A stretch of 64,000 bases of DNA from Microcoleus sp. (GCA_042408215.1 JAYFMW010000007.1:32001-96000), one strand, 5' to 3'; positions 1 to 10,502 are shown, counted from the stretch's first letter. The notes: generated by a model from the letters alone, not told the origin. Made by a program: numbers and translations.

Positions 1-2
1 CG

Positions 3-1853
3 CAAATTAAACAGAAAAATCCCAAAGCTAAATGTGGCTTACCAGAGGATGTATTTGTCTTCGCCTGCTTTAATCACAGTCGCAAAATTGAGCCAGTGAT
101 GTTTAGCGTGTGGATGGGAATTTTAGAGAAAGTCCCTAATAGTGTACTATGGTTATTAGAGAGCAATCCCGAAGCAACTCGAAACCTGAAATATGAGGCT
201 AAATTGCGGGGAATTAAGGGCGATCGCCTAATTTTTGCGCCGAGATTACTACAGGAGGAACACCTATCGCGCCACATTTGGATCGACTTATTCCTAGATA
301 CTTTATATTACAATGCTCACACGACAGGTAGTGATGCTTTGTGGATGGGAATCCCCTTTATTACCGGCCCCGGAGAAACTTTTGCATCGCGGGTGGGAGC
401 AAGTTTATTAAATGCGGTTAATTTACCGCAGTTAATAGTTAATAATTTAGAAGAGTATGAAAAGTTGGCGGTACATTTAGCAACTCATCCTCAAGAATTG
501 CAAAAATTGAAAGATGAGCTCAATGAAAATCGCCGCCAATTGCCTCTGTTTAATACACCTCAAACCGTGCGATATTTGGAGTTGGGATATCTTAAAGTTT
601 GGGAACGATATCAATCGGGTGCGTCGCCGGAAGCGATACAGATCGACAAAGCAGAAGGAATAGGAAAAGAAGCAGAGGGAAGGTTGAAAACAGATTTACA
701 ACCTGATTTGACAAGCAATTTAGTCAAGAATTTAGGAGACGGGAAAGTGGAAAAAGTAAGGGGTTTAAGGGATAAAAGTACGGAGGAAAATCAGAATGGA
801 AAAGGGGTTGCTAGTGCGGATTCGCCACAGGATTTGATGGGCGATCGCGATTTGCCATCTTGGTTAACTTCTCAACAAATCAGCCTCGCTTGTACTACCT
901 ATCAAACTAGCAGGTTAATGTTAATTGGTAGCAATCCCGAAACTAATACTATTTCTGGATATTGGCGAATCTTCGATCGCGCAATGGGGCTTTACTGCAC
1001 GCCAGAACGCCTTTACCTAAGCTCAAAATATCAACTCTGGCAATTAGACAATGTGTTAACTGCGGGAGCGCAACATCAAGGTTACGATCGCCTCTACATA
1101 CCAAGAATCGGCTATACTACAGGAGATATCGACATTCACGATATTGCTGTTGATAAAAATAACCAAATCATTTTTATTAGCACATTGTTTAATTGTATAG
1201 CAACTTTGAGCGATCGCCATAGTTGCAAACCTCTCTGGAAACCGCCCTTTATCTCACAATATATAAACGAAGACCGCTGTCACCTCAACGGTTTAGCAAT
1301 GGTGGAAGGGAAACCCAAATATGTCACCGCCGTGAGTCAGTCGGATGTGGTAGATGGATGGCGCGATCGACGACAAAACGGTGGTGTAGTTATTGATATT
1401 ACATCTAATGATATTATTGTCACAGGATTGTCGATGCCGCACTCACCTCGCTGGTATCAAGATAAGTTGTGGTTGTTAAATTCGGGGAAAGGAGAATTGG
1501 GTTATGTGGATTTAGATACAGGTAAATTTAACCCCATTGCCTTTTGTCCGGGCTATTTACGAGGACTAGCTTTTTGGCAAAATTGGGCAATAGTTGGACT
1601 TTCCAAACCGAGGGGAGATGACAAGACTTTTGGAGGTTTAGAATTAGATGAATTACTCGCTAAAAAAGATGCTGATCCTCGCTGTGGTATGATGGTGATT
1701 GATCTTAATACTGGGGCGATCGTTCACTGGTTGCGGTTTGAAGGAATAGTCACAGAGCTTTATGATGTGCAGGTGATTCCGACAGTGCAAAAACCGATGG
1801 CTTTGGGTTTTCAAACTGAGGAAATTGCTCAGTTAATTACTTTGGAATTTTAA
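3..1853 (+). CDS. 5'-partial fusion: O-GlcNAc transferase (GT41/SPINDLY-like) C-terminal domain + TIGR03032/DUF4915 domain
   Basis: Frame is open from base 3. GT41 motifs FVFACFNHSRKI, DLFLDTLYYNAHTTGSDALWMG, FASRVGASLL. After a charged linker come TIGR03032 motifs SLACTTYQ, TGDIDIHD, EDRCHLNGLA, GLSMPHSPRW. Confidence 0.85.
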   Translation, partial: QIKQKNPKAKCGLPEDVFVFACFNHSRKIEPVMFSVWMGILEKVPNSVLWLLESNPEATRNLKYEAKLRGIKGDRLIFAPRLLQEEHLSRHIWIDLFLDTLYYNAHTTGSDALWMGIPFITGPGETFASRVGASLLNAVNLPQLIVNNLEEYEKLAVHLATHPQELQKLKDELNENRRQLPLFNTPQTVRYLELGYLKVWERYQSGASPEAIQIDKAEGIGKEAEGRLKTDLQPDLTSNLVKNLGDGKVEKVRGLRDKSTEENQNGKGVASADSPQDLMGDRDLPSWLTSQQISLACTTYQTSRLMLIGSNPETNTISGYWRIFDRAMGLYCTPERLYLSSKYQLWQLDNVLTAGAQHQGYDRLYIPRIGYTTGDIDIHDIAVDKNNQIIFISTLFNCIATLSDRHSCKPLWKPPFISQYINEDRCHLNGLAMVEGKPKYVTAVSQSDVVDGWRDRRQNGGVVIDITSNDIIVTGLSMPHSPRWYQDKLWLLNSGKGELGYVDLDTGKFNPIAFCPGYLRGLAFWQNWAIVGLSKPRGDDKTFGGLELDELLAKKDADPRCGMMVIDLNTGAIVHWLRFEGIVTELYDVQVIPTVQKPMALGFQTEEIAQLITLEF

Positions 1854-1926
1854 CCGCAGATGGTGGCGGATGTAAGCGGATTAACGCAGATGAATTTTGG
1901 TTTGGGGAATCTGAACTTGATATTAT

Positions 1927-2043
1927 CTGACATCTTGCACTATGATCTAGAACAGGCAAGATGCCTGTTCCACAAAACTCAATTTTATTGTGGAACGGGC
2001 ATCTTTTCTGTTCCTAAACAGGTAATTGACGGTGCAAGATCTG
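1927..2043. repeat. MITE-like repeat (CATCTTGCAC...GTGCAAGAT ends) with internal palindromes
   Basis: Terminal inverted repeats; internal GAACAGGCAAGATGCCTGTTC hairpin and a degenerate second copy. Confidence 0.55.
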
Positions 2044-2063
2044 AGTATGATCCGAACCTGATA

Positions 2064-4292
2064 TTACTCATTCCCAATTACCCGATAAACAAAACTGAGA
2101 GTTGCCCAAATATTCACATCCAATGCAAAATCGTCAGTTGATATCCCCGCATTCATCGCCCCGGTCATGCTAGCCGCGTGCAAATCTTCCAGCACAGCCC
2201 GAGCCACCTGTAAAGGATTCAACAGCACCCGAATTGGCTGGGCATCCCTAACTTGCTGCATTCCGCCCTCCAATGCCGCCAGAGTTCGATCGAACGGAGC
2301 CTCACTAAATATAATTTGAGTTTCCACAAGTCCGATCGGCCCGGATACCTTCGAGCCGTAAGCCCCAGCCCCAGGCACGCTCAAATTTCGCCCAGGCTCG
2401 ATCGCCCCTGGTGTCTCACCAACCGTATTTTTAGCATCAGGATTCAGCACTAGGAGCCTTCCTGCGCTGTCCAAGGAAAAAACCACAAAATACACCGGGC
2501 GATCGCTCTCGTTATACAACCGATACTGAATCCGGCAGCCCTGAGTCAAACTCAGCCTCTTCGATAACCTCTTCGATAACCTCTTTGATAACAACTCAAA
2601 ACCGACCGATTGCTCAATTTCGGCGCTCAGTGGTTCCAGCCGATCGGCCTCGTCCGCCCGCACCGACGAGCGCTCTTGCACCACGCGGGATTGTGGCGCG
2701 AGAGTTGCCAGCACCGCCCGCACTTTCAGCCGCGAAGAGCCTCCCGGTGCAGTCAGCCGCAACAACTTTGCAGCCAAAAGCGTTTTCAACTGCGGAGTCA
2801 ATCGCTGCACCGCCACCTTGACTGCTTCTCCCCCATCGCCGTCAGTATTTGGAATCAGCGTTTGTCCCAAAGAAAACAAACCGTAGCGACTTGGATAAAA
2901 AGCAGGCTCCTGAGCCGAGGAAATTTGGGCTACAGTAGTGGACGGCACTCGGCCAAACCGACAGTCAGCCGATTGTTCCCCCGCTACCGCTGAAACTTGG
3001 GGAACAGTCGCGAAGGCGCTGGTAGCGTCTACCCGCTCGATGCGTTCCAAGTCAGAGTCCAAAGCTACTATCAAGCTGATATTTCGCGGCAATACCCGAA
3101 TCGCTTCTGTTACCAATTCGCCAGCAGTCAATTTTCCCTCTTTTCGGGCTGGCGCTGCTAAAATTTGGGCTTTGGCAGAAAGACCGGTGCGGCTCCGCAG
3201 CACTAGGAGCCGATCGCCCTGGGACTCAAGCAGCGCGAACACAGAAGCCCCGCAGCACTCCAAAACCTCTGGGGGCAAACCTCCCAGCCACAACTGCACA
3301 GTTTTGCCACCATCTTCCACCGCCGTCACTGCGCCATCAGCCGCAGGGGAATTCCACAGAGAACCTGCAAAACTCACAGGTAAATCGTCATTAGATACTT
3401 TCAAATCGCTGTGCATCTCCGGTTGCTGGGCTAACCCCATTTTTTGCTCTACCGCACCGGCGGCGCGACTCAAAATGACTTGCCAACTGCTAGCGGGAGT
3501 TGCCCACCACAGAGTTTGGGTGAGGGCGTAGGTAAACAAACCGGCGGTAAACCCGCTCCACGCTTGTTCGGCGGCGACTCGATCGGGGGCGGTGCCCGCC
3601 AGTACGATCGCGCCCCCAGGATGGTTATTTCTGCGGGATTGGATCTGTTCTCTAAAAGCTAATTCTGCGAGGCTTGGCTGCCCCATTACGGGGCGGGGGC
3701 GGGTGCGAATGCGAAAGTTGCCCTTTTTGTCAGAACCCGGATAGACGTAGCTATGATCGAGGATAGCGATCGCACTTTCCGTCGCGAGCGATCGCAGCAG
3801 GTGCAGCAATGTGGACTCTAAAATATCGTTGACGGTGCGATCGGCTTTTGACAGCAAAACATCATCGGCCGGCACCAAACTGTTGTGCATGACTTCGGGA
3901 GAATCGCCCAAACTGACTCGACTACCGCAGCCGCTGAAGTGAAAAACTACCGCATCTCCGGGTTTTGCTTGTTGAGTCAAGTGAGTCACAAAAGCCGTCT
4001 CGATGTTTTCCCTAGTAGCTTGAGCATCAGTTAAAGTCAGAATGTCCGAGGGTTGAAACCCAAAGCGATATATCAGTAATTCCCGCTGCAATTCCACATC
4101 TGTGACGCAGCCGTGGAGGGGCGAGTCGGGATATCGATCGACCCCCACCAACAGGGCTAATTTGCGCGCTGTCGGCTGGGCTAGGGCGTTTTGGTAGCGA
4201 TCGCCCAACCGCTCCCACCCAGCCTCGCTGATTCCCATCGCAGCCAGCACCCAGCCAGCTTGCTGTAAAAATTCCCGCCGCTTGAGTCCCAT
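2064..4292 (-). CDS. Caspase-family (C14) pseudo-orthocaspase with Tat-like N-terminus and C-terminal DUF4384-like domain
   Basis: KRREFLQ; KLALLVGVDRY; LHGCVTDV; the FSGHG motif reads FSGCG and the DxC motif reads DHS; GLFTYAL; QQPE. Confidence 0.85.
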   Translation of the reverse strand: MGLKRREFLQQAGWVLAAMGISEAGWERLGDRYQNALAQPTARKLALLVGVDRYPDSPLHGCVTDVELQRELLIYRFGFQPSDILTLTDAQATRENIETAFVTHLTQQAKPGDAVVFHFSGCGSRVSLGDSPEVMHNSLVPADDVLLSKADRTVNDILESTLLHLLRSLATESAIAILDHSYVYPGSDKKGNFRIRTRPRPVMGQPSLAELAFREQIQSRRNNHPGGAIVLAGTAPDRVAAEQAWSGFTAGLFTYALTQTLWWATPASSWQVILSRAAGAVEQKMGLAQQPEMHSDLKVSNDDLPVSFAGSLWNSPAADGAVTAVEDGGKTVQLWLGGLPPEVLECCGASVFALLESQGDRLLVLRSRTGLSAKAQILAAPARKEGKLTAGELVTEAIRVLPRNISLIVALDSDLERIERVDATSAFATVPQVSAVAGEQSADCRFGRVPSTTVAQISSAQEPAFYPSRYGLFSLGQTLIPNTDGDGGEAVKVAVQRLTPQLKTLLAAKLLRLTAPGGSSRLKVRAVLATLAPQSRVVQERSSVRADEADRLEPLSAEIEQSVGFELLSKRLSKRLSKRLSLTQGCRIQYRLYNESDRPVYFVVFSLDSAGRLLVLNPDAKNTVGETPGAIEPGRNLSVPGAGAYGSKVSGPIGLVETQIIFSEAPFDRTLAALEGGMQQVRDAQPIRVLLNPLQVARAVLEDLHAASMTGAMNAGISTDDFALDVNIWATLSFVYRVIGNE

Positions 4293-4377
4293 TGATGATT
4301 CCCGATCGTCGTACTCTTACTTAATCTTCTCACCAGAATGTCGAGCATTAACCGCTGCAAACAGCCAACTTCGACTT

Positions 4378-5559
4378 TTAAATTTCATAACTGAAAATAT
4401 TCATAGCCTTAGCCAATTCGGCGGCGACTTCCGGGCGAGAAAACTGCGGAGGCGGCAATTTTCCCGCACGCAGCATTTCCCGCACTTTTGTTCCCGACAA
4501 ATGCACCCGCTGTTCGGGAGTGCTGGGACTTGTTTTAGTTGTAGCCATTTGTTCCGTCAGCGTGCAATAGAAAGCGTGCTCGAATTTCATCGGCACAATT
4601 CCCAATTCTGAGGGTTCAAATTCATCAAAAATGTATTGGGCATCGTAAGTACCGTAGTAATCGCCAACTCCAGCATGATCGCGCCCGACAATAAAGTGAG
4701 TGCAGCCGTAGTTTTTGCGAATTAAAGCGTGAAAAATTGCTTCCCGCGGCCCCGCGTAGCGCATCGCCGCCGGATTGATCGCTAAAATTACCCGGTCTTG
4801 GGGATAGTATTTTTCTAGCAGAATTTCATAGCAACGCATCCGCACGTCAGCGGGGATGTCATCGTCTTTAGTCGCCCCGACTAGAGGGTGAAGAAACAAG
4901 CCATCTACTGTTTCTAAGGCGCATTTTTGGATGTATTCGTGAGCCCGGTGGATGGGATTGCGGGTTTGGAAACCGACTATCGTTTTCCATCCTCTTTCTT
5001 TGAACAGTATTCTCGATTTCGCCGGGTCAATTTGGTATTCGGGAAACCGGGAATCGAGTTCCCGTTCCAGCAGCCAAACTGGGCCTGCGAGGTTAACGGG
5101 CCCGGACTTGTCTAGTACCTGGACGCCCGGATGTTTAAGATCGTCGGTGCGATAGACGTTGACAGCTTCTTCTTCTTTGCTGTAACGATATTTTTCTGTC
5201 AGTTCTAATACGCCGACAAATGTGCCGTTCCCGGAGTCGAGGCGTACTAATGTGCCTGCGGTGAGGGGGGCTGCGACTTCTTCACTGACTGAGAGGGTGA
5301 TCGGAACTGACCAGGGGAGGCCGCTGGAGAGGCGCATTTCTTTGACGACCGATCGATAATTCGCCTCGTCCATGAACCCTGAAAGGGGACTGAAGGCGCC
5401 GATCGCAATCATTTGCAAGTCAGAGAGCGATCGTTCAGAAAGCTGAACTCGCGGCAAGGCCTCTGCTTTGTCGAAAAATTCCTGTCTTTGGTCTAGTGTG
5501 GCAATGCGGTTGACCAGGATGCCACCGTGAGGGGCAATGCGGTCTGGATGCTGGCTCAT
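4378..5559 (-). CDS. sat: Sulfate adenylyltransferase
   Basis: [41 protein letters not shown]. Confidence 0.97.
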   Translation of the reverse strand: MSQHPDRIAPHGGILVNRIATLDQRQEFFDKAEALPRVQLSERSLSDLQMIAIGAFSPLSGFMDEANYRSVVKEMRLSSGLPWSVPITLSVSEEVAAPLTAGTLVRLDSGNGTFVGVLELTEKYRYSKEEEAVNVYRTDDLKHPGVQVLDKSGPVNLAGPVWLLERELDSRFPEYQIDPAKSRILFKERGWKTIVGFQTRNPIHRAHEYIQKCALETVDGLFLHPLVGATKDDDIPADVRMRCYEILLEKYYPQDRVILAINPAAMRYAGPREAIFHALIRKNYGCTHFIVGRDHAGVGDYYGTYDAQYIFDEFEPSELGIVPMKFEHAFYCTLTEQMATTKTSPSTPEQRVHLSGTKVREMLRAGKLPPPQFSRPEVAAELAKAMNIFSYEI

Positions 5560-5757
5560 GTCGATTTGGGATTTTAGATTTAAGATGTTGGACTTTAGCT
5601 GCCAGACTATATCCTACCAAAGTATTGTTACAATTAATGAATTTTCCTATTTATCCATATGAATCTATGTCAAATGAGGTGAATAGAGCGATATCAAAGT
5701 CAATCAAAATCTCTTCAAATCAATCACTTTTTTTTTGACAATCTGCTCTGGCATGAC

Positions 5758-5848
5758 AATCAAGCAATTTAGTTCTGCCCCCCGGATTCATCCGTGCAAG
5801 TAATTCTAGAATCTCAAATCCAAAATCCAAAATCTAAAATCGGCTGAC
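5758..5848 (+). mobile_element. Degenerate TGAC-ended hairpin mini-element overlapping the glycosyltransferase stop codon
   Basis: Follows TGAC (5754-5757) and ends in TGAC (5845-5848). Contains CCCCCGGATTCATCCGTG and AAATCY heptamers like the copies at 9736 and 15193. Confidence 0.65.
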
Positions 5849-6946
5849 CATTTTGTCATGAATCATCTTCATCTGTGACAATTCTTCCAGGAGTCCCTGG
5901 GGTAGGGGAATTTTCACAGCTTCCAGCATACTCTGAATCCGATGTCTCCAATCGTGACGGGCTAAACTCTCAACATAATTGCGTTTGTAGATAGAATTAA
6001 GCCTCACCTCGTCCAGTAAAAGTTCATTAATGAATTCAACACTTTTTTGCGGGTCATCGGGTAACTCAATAGTAGCATCTTCCCAATTCAGCAACTCATC
6101 CATTAGATGGGTAGTCGGACGCTTCCCAACCACTGCACCGCCCGTCGCAGTACCGTAAAACCAACGCAGTGTAATCAAAGAGTAAGGAAACTGACGCATA
6201 CCAGGATAGATCGTGTCAAATGCCAAGGTGAGTTTGCTATGTCTGAGAATGTGAAATAGCATCAGAGTATCTGACTCGTCTTTACGCATTTCGTAAGGCA
6301 ATTTCGGAAATTCCTCTCCTGTTCTGGGCGTAGATTTATAGTAAATTTGTTCGGAACCAGGTAGATTGAATTTATTGCAAAACACAGTGTCATACTGTGA
6401 GGGTATGCGCCCAAAGCTAGTTAAATCTATGGAACGCTTCAGTTGACAGGAACCCTGAGTGAGAACATCAGCAGCAAAGGGGATTAGCGATACTGGTATA
6501 CCAAATCTTTGCTTCAACTCATCTATAACTTCTGGAAGTGCAACGAATAAATGATCTAAATGATAGACATTTTTTGAATAAATTTCAGGTGCCCAAGAAT
6601 CGAAAATATAAGCGATGACAACATCAAAACGCTCCCTCCACTTAGGTATACTTGAGAGTAGTTCCAGATCGACTCCTGATATACCAATCATCAGTAAAAC
6701 ATTGGGTTTGTCCGACAATTCAGGTAAAGGTGGTAACTTATATAAACCTGTAGTAGACTTAACAACTTTACGGACTATTCGATCGGCTAGCGGATAAAGT
6801 GTGGATGACCACTGGATTACATCGCGAGCCGATGGTGCCAAAAGTTGTGCGTTGCAGGTTCGTACAACAATATTTTCTAATTCAAAAACTGGGTCACAGG
6901 ATACATTTGAGACTAAAGCCCGTGAAGAAAGTACAAAAATATTCAT
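5834..6946 (-). CDS. Putative glycosyltransferase (CgeB/GT1_2-like C-terminus)
   Basis: RWFYGTATGGAVVG and C-terminal ARHDWRHRI; AT-rich. Confidence 0.65.
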   Translation of the reverse strand: MNIFVLSSRALVSNVSCDPVFELENIVVRTCNAQLLAPSARDVIQWSSTLYPLADRIVRKVVKSTTGLYKLPPLPELSDKPNVLLMIGISGVDLELLSSIPKWRERFDVVIAYIFDSWAPEIYSKNVYHLDHLFVALPEVIDELKQRFGIPVSLIPFAADVLTQGSCQLKRSIDLTSFGRIPSQYDTVFCNKFNLPGSEQIYYKSTPRTGEEFPKLPYEMRKDESDTLMLFHILRHSKLTLAFDTIYPGMRQFPYSLITLRWFYGTATGGAVVGKRPTTHLMDELLNWEDATIELPDDPQKSVEFINELLLDEVRLNSIYKRNYVESLARHDWRHRIQSMLEAVKIPLPQGLLEELSQMKMIHDKMVSRF

Positions 6947-7181
6947 GGCTCGATTTAATTTTTATTAAATGGCTCCGCTGATTAGGCCAACCACGAGGGG
7001 ATTAGGGTCAATTGAATTAAATTTGAAATGTCGATTCAAAGGAATCGACTTCTCAATTTACCTAGCTACTAGCTAGCAAATCTAGCCGCACTTAGGGCAG
7101 CACTTGCAGTGGGTGAATTTCTCTCATGATTGGGAAAAACAATAACACATCTATGGCCTTAATGTCAATAATTAAATCAAT

Positions 7182-8651
7182 CTAAACATTCAACCACTGC
7201 ACCAGTATCCGGGGCGCGGGTAACAAAATAATTAACAAAAGCCCGATCGCCACCAAGCCCACAAAATCCCGCCAATCATCCAATTCGCTAACATCGTTCA
7301 GCGCCGGTTCATCATTGATCGGCATCAAAAACAAAATAATTGCCCACAGCAACAAACCCGGTTCCAAGAAAGAAAGCAGCAGCATACAAAGTCTAGCAAA
7401 TTGCCCGATCGCCATACTTGCCCGTTGACCGAACATCGCGTGAACGATGTGCCCGCCGTCGAGTTGTCCCACCGGTATTAAATTAAACGCTGTCACGATC
7501 AAACCTAAATAACCCGCTATTGCTACCGGATGCAAATTAATCGCAGTTTCTGTATTTAAAGCACCGCCTAAAGTTAACTTGCTCAACAGAGTCATCAGCA
7601 GCGAAAAATCGGGATTGAAAGACTCAAAATTTAACATTCCCGACTTCGGTGACAGCGGTACAATCCTAGAGTGGTACAAGCCCCAAATTAACAAAGGTAC
7701 TGTTGCTACCAAACCCGCCAATGGCCCGGCAATACTGATGTCAAATAAAGCTCTGCGGTTGGGAACCGGACTTCGCATTTGAATAAATGCGCCAAAGGTT
7801 CCCAGGAAAAAGGGAACGGGAATAAAATAAGGCAAAGTTGTCCGAATTCTGTAAAATACGGCAGCTAAATAGTGTCCCGATTCGTGAATTCCCAAAATTG
7901 TGATGAGGGCGATCGCATAAGGCAAACCTTTCGTTAACATTAACGGGTTAGACTGCAAAACTTTTTCACTAACTCCGGCAATTTGCGCCCCCACAATTGT
8001 GGTTGTAAATAGCGTAATTAGCAACAAAGCTAAAGCAAAAACTGGTCTTGTCAAAGATTCAGGTTTGACAGGATTTTCGCCCCTTTGGTAGCTGGGATTG
8101 GGAACTATGGCAAAAAAATGCTGACCGCTCAAGCTCGTTTGAAATACTACTAAAAAGCGATCGCCAAAATGCCTCTCGACATTCTCCCGAACAGCCTGAT
8201 AAGCCGCCTCCGGGTTCGTCCGCAATTGTCCGCGACAAATCACCGCCTGCGGCCGAAATTCTAAATTTTGCAAGAAGTAAATAGACCAAGGAAAACACTC
8301 TCGCAAAGTTGCTTCTTCTGCTCGATCGATCGGGCGCACCGGTGGCTGTGGCTTGGAGGGTTCAGTCCCATCACCCGCTACTTCAGGAGTTTCGCTGACA
8401 ATTTCCTTGCGCCCCAACTGTACCAAGAACCAGTACACAAAAGGGGAAACCACAAAAGGTATAATTAGCAACTCTGGCGGTGCAGTTTTGCTCGCGCCGT
8501 GAACTAACAACCAAGCGCTCCAAATCAGTGCCGGCGACATGATTACCAGCCACAGCAGCCACACCGGAGTTGTGGTGATGCGACTGATGTTTTGTTCCAA
8601 CAAATAGTAGGAGATTAGTCCCAATACGAACAACCATAATAAAAACAACAT
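7182..8651 (-). CDS. Site-2 protease (M50) family membrane metalloprotease
   Basis: HESGH zinc motif, AGPLAG, NLIPVGQLDGGH, several TM segments. Confidence 0.92.
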   Translation of the reverse strand: MLFLLWLFVLGLISYYLLEQNISRITTTPVWLLWLVIMSPALIWSAWLLVHGASKTAPPELLIIPFVVSPFVYWFLVQLGRKEIVSETPEVAGDGTEPSKPQPPVRPIDRAEEATLRECFPWSIYFLQNLEFRPQAVICRGQLRTNPEAAYQAVRENVERHFGDRFLVVFQTSLSGQHFFAIVPNPSYQRGENPVKPESLTRPVFALALLLITLFTTTIVGAQIAGVSEKVLQSNPLMLTKGLPYAIALITILGIHESGHYLAAVFYRIRTTLPYFIPVPFFLGTFGAFIQMRSPVPNRRALFDISIAGPLAGLVATVPLLIWGLYHSRIVPLSPKSGMLNFESFNPDFSLLMTLLSKLTLGGALNTETAINLHPVAIAGYLGLIVTAFNLIPVGQLDGGHIVHAMFGQRASMAIGQFARLCMLLLSFLEPGLLLWAIILFLMPINDEPALNDVSELDDWRDFVGLVAIGLLLIILLPAPRILVQWLNV

Positions 8652-8683
8652 AATATTTATCTCAGTCCCTTCTCAATACTTCC

Positions 8684-9352
8684 TTGAAACAACAGAGTTC
8701 CCTCTCCAAACAGCCCAAGCCCGTACTGGAAAATATCTTTGCTTTCCCACCTAACCGGGATACCTTGGGTGCGACTGCTTATTTCATTGTAGAAAACCAA
8801 ACTAACATCCTGGTGGATTGTCCCGCTTGGGATGAAACTAATCAAACCTTTTTGCGGGAACGTGGTGGCGTGCGGCTGCTGTTTCTCACCCACCGTGGCG
8901 CGATCGGCAAGGCGCGGGAGATTCAGTCAGACACGGGCTGCGATATCCTGATCCAAGAGCAGGAAGCTTATTTGCTACCGGGATTGAAGGTGACGGCTTT
9001 TGAGCGAGAATTTGCCCTAAGCGATCGAACTTTCGTATTTTGGACTCCCGGCCACTCTCCCGGTTCCTCCTGTCTCTATGATACCCGCAATGGCGGAGTG
9101 CTGTTTGCGGGCCGACACTTGCTCCCCAACCGAGAAGGTAGCCCAGAACCGTTGCGGACAGCGAAAACTTTTCACTGGGCCAGGCAAATTAACAGCGTTC
9201 AGTTAATCATCGATCGATTTTCGCCAGAAACTCTACATTATATTTGTCCGGGCGCAAATACTGGTTTTTTGCGGGGGAAAAGTGCGATCGATCGAGCTTT
9301 TGAGCAATTAGCCAATCTGGATTTAGCTGTTTGTTTGCAGTCAAAACCTTGA
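8684..9352 (+). CDS. MBL-fold metallo-hydrolase-like protein
   Basis: NILVD, LFLTHR, WTPGHSPGS, LFAG; metal ligands partly degenerate. Confidence 0.8.
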   Translation: MKQQSSLSKQPKPVLENIFAFPPNRDTLGATAYFIVENQTNILVDCPAWDETNQTFLRERGGVRLLFLTHRGAIGKAREIQSDTGCDILIQEQEAYLLPGLKVTAFEREFALSDRTFVFWTPGHSPGSSCLYDTRNGGVLFAGRHLLPNREGSPEPLRTAKTFHWARQINSVQLIIDRFSPETLHYICPGANTGFLRGKSAIDRAFEQLANLDLAVCLQSKP

Positions 9353-9381
9353 CTCTAAATATGACAGAAATCCTAAATCCT

Positions 9382-10502
9382 ATGGGAAAAACCGAAAAAC
9401 AGAAAATGCTAGCCGGCGAGTTGTATTTAGCCACCGATGAGGAATTGATTGCAGAACGCCAGCGAGCTCGTCGCCTCACCAGAATCTACAATTCTACCCG
9501 CGAAGACGAACCGTCCAAGCGATTAGAAATTCTCGCCGAATTATGCGGTGCCGCAGGCCCGAAAATTGACATCGAGCCACCTTTCTACTGCGACTACGGG
9601 AGCAATATTTATGCTGGAAATGGCTTGTACATGAATTTTGGCTGCGTGATTCTCGACTGCAATCGAGTTAACATCGGCGAAAATTTACTATGCGGGCCAC
9701 AAGTGCAAATTTACACGGCTTTTCACCCCACTGACCAATAATTTCAAAGGTGGTACAAGCCCCCGGATTGATCCGTGGAATCAATCCAAAATCCCAAATC
9801 TAAAATCCTCAAGCCCCCGCATTTATACGTGGGGTAAATCTAAAATCTCAAATCTCAAATCTCAAATCGATTGACCAATAATTTCAAAGGTGGTACAAGC
9901 CCCCGGATTGATCCGTGGAATCAATCCAAAATCCCAAATCTAAAATCCTCAAGCCCCCGCATTTATACGTGGGGTAAATCTAAAATCTAAAATCTCAAAT
10001 CTCAAATCGATTGACCAATAATTTCAAAGGTGGTACAAGCCCCCGGATTGATCCGTGGAATCAATCCAAAATCCCAAATCTAAAATCCTCAAGCCCCCGC
10101 ATTTATACGTGGGGTAAATCTAAAATCTAAAATCTCAAATCTCAAATCGATTGACCAATAATTTCAAAGGTGGTACAAGCCCCCGGATTGATCCGTGGAA
10201 TCAATCCAAAATCCCAAATCTAAAATCCTCAAGCCCCCGCATTTATACGTGGGGTAAATCTCAAATCTCAAATCTCAAATCTCAAATCGATTGACCCGGA
10301 AATTAGACTTTCTGGCAGAGAACTCGCCAGCGAGATTAATATTGGCAATAATGTGTGGATTGGTGGTGGCTGTATTATTTGCCCCGGAGTTACGATCGGC
10401 GATCGTAGCACGATCGGCGCCGGCAGTGTTGTTGTCAAAAATATCCCCGCAAACGTCGTGGCTGCGGGGAATCCTTGCCGAATTATCCGGCATCTAGCTT
10501 GA
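9382..10502 (+). pseudogene. maa: Sugar (maltose-type) O-acetyltransferase interrupted by a 560-bp insertion
   Basis: N-part EKQKMLAGELY...PPFYCDYGSNI...YTAFHPTD; C-part PEIRLSG...IGNNVWIGGG...GAGSVV...GNPCRIIR. Removing 9736-10295 gives a 186-aa ORF. Confidence 0.92.
9736..10295 (+). mobile_element. Four tandem 140-bp non-autonomous IS200/IS605-like two-hairpin elements
   Basis: TGAC at 9732, 9872, 10012, 10152 and 10292. Each unit has CAAG+CCCCCGGATTGATCCGTGG and CAAG+CCCCCGCATTTATACGTGGGG hairpins plus heptamer linkers. Confidence 0.85.

Noticed and set aside
7069..7079. Possible IscB guide target (CTAGCTAGCAA)
   Set aside because: Short, low-complexity match that lacks the guide's 3' portion.
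9736..10295. Self-splicing intron in maa
   Set aside because: It is a tandem 140-bp repeat with no group I or II core; relatives occur intergenically and antisense to a gene.
10291..10497. 68-aa ORF after the array
   Set aside because: Wrong frame; the real coding frame is the maa C-terminal half.
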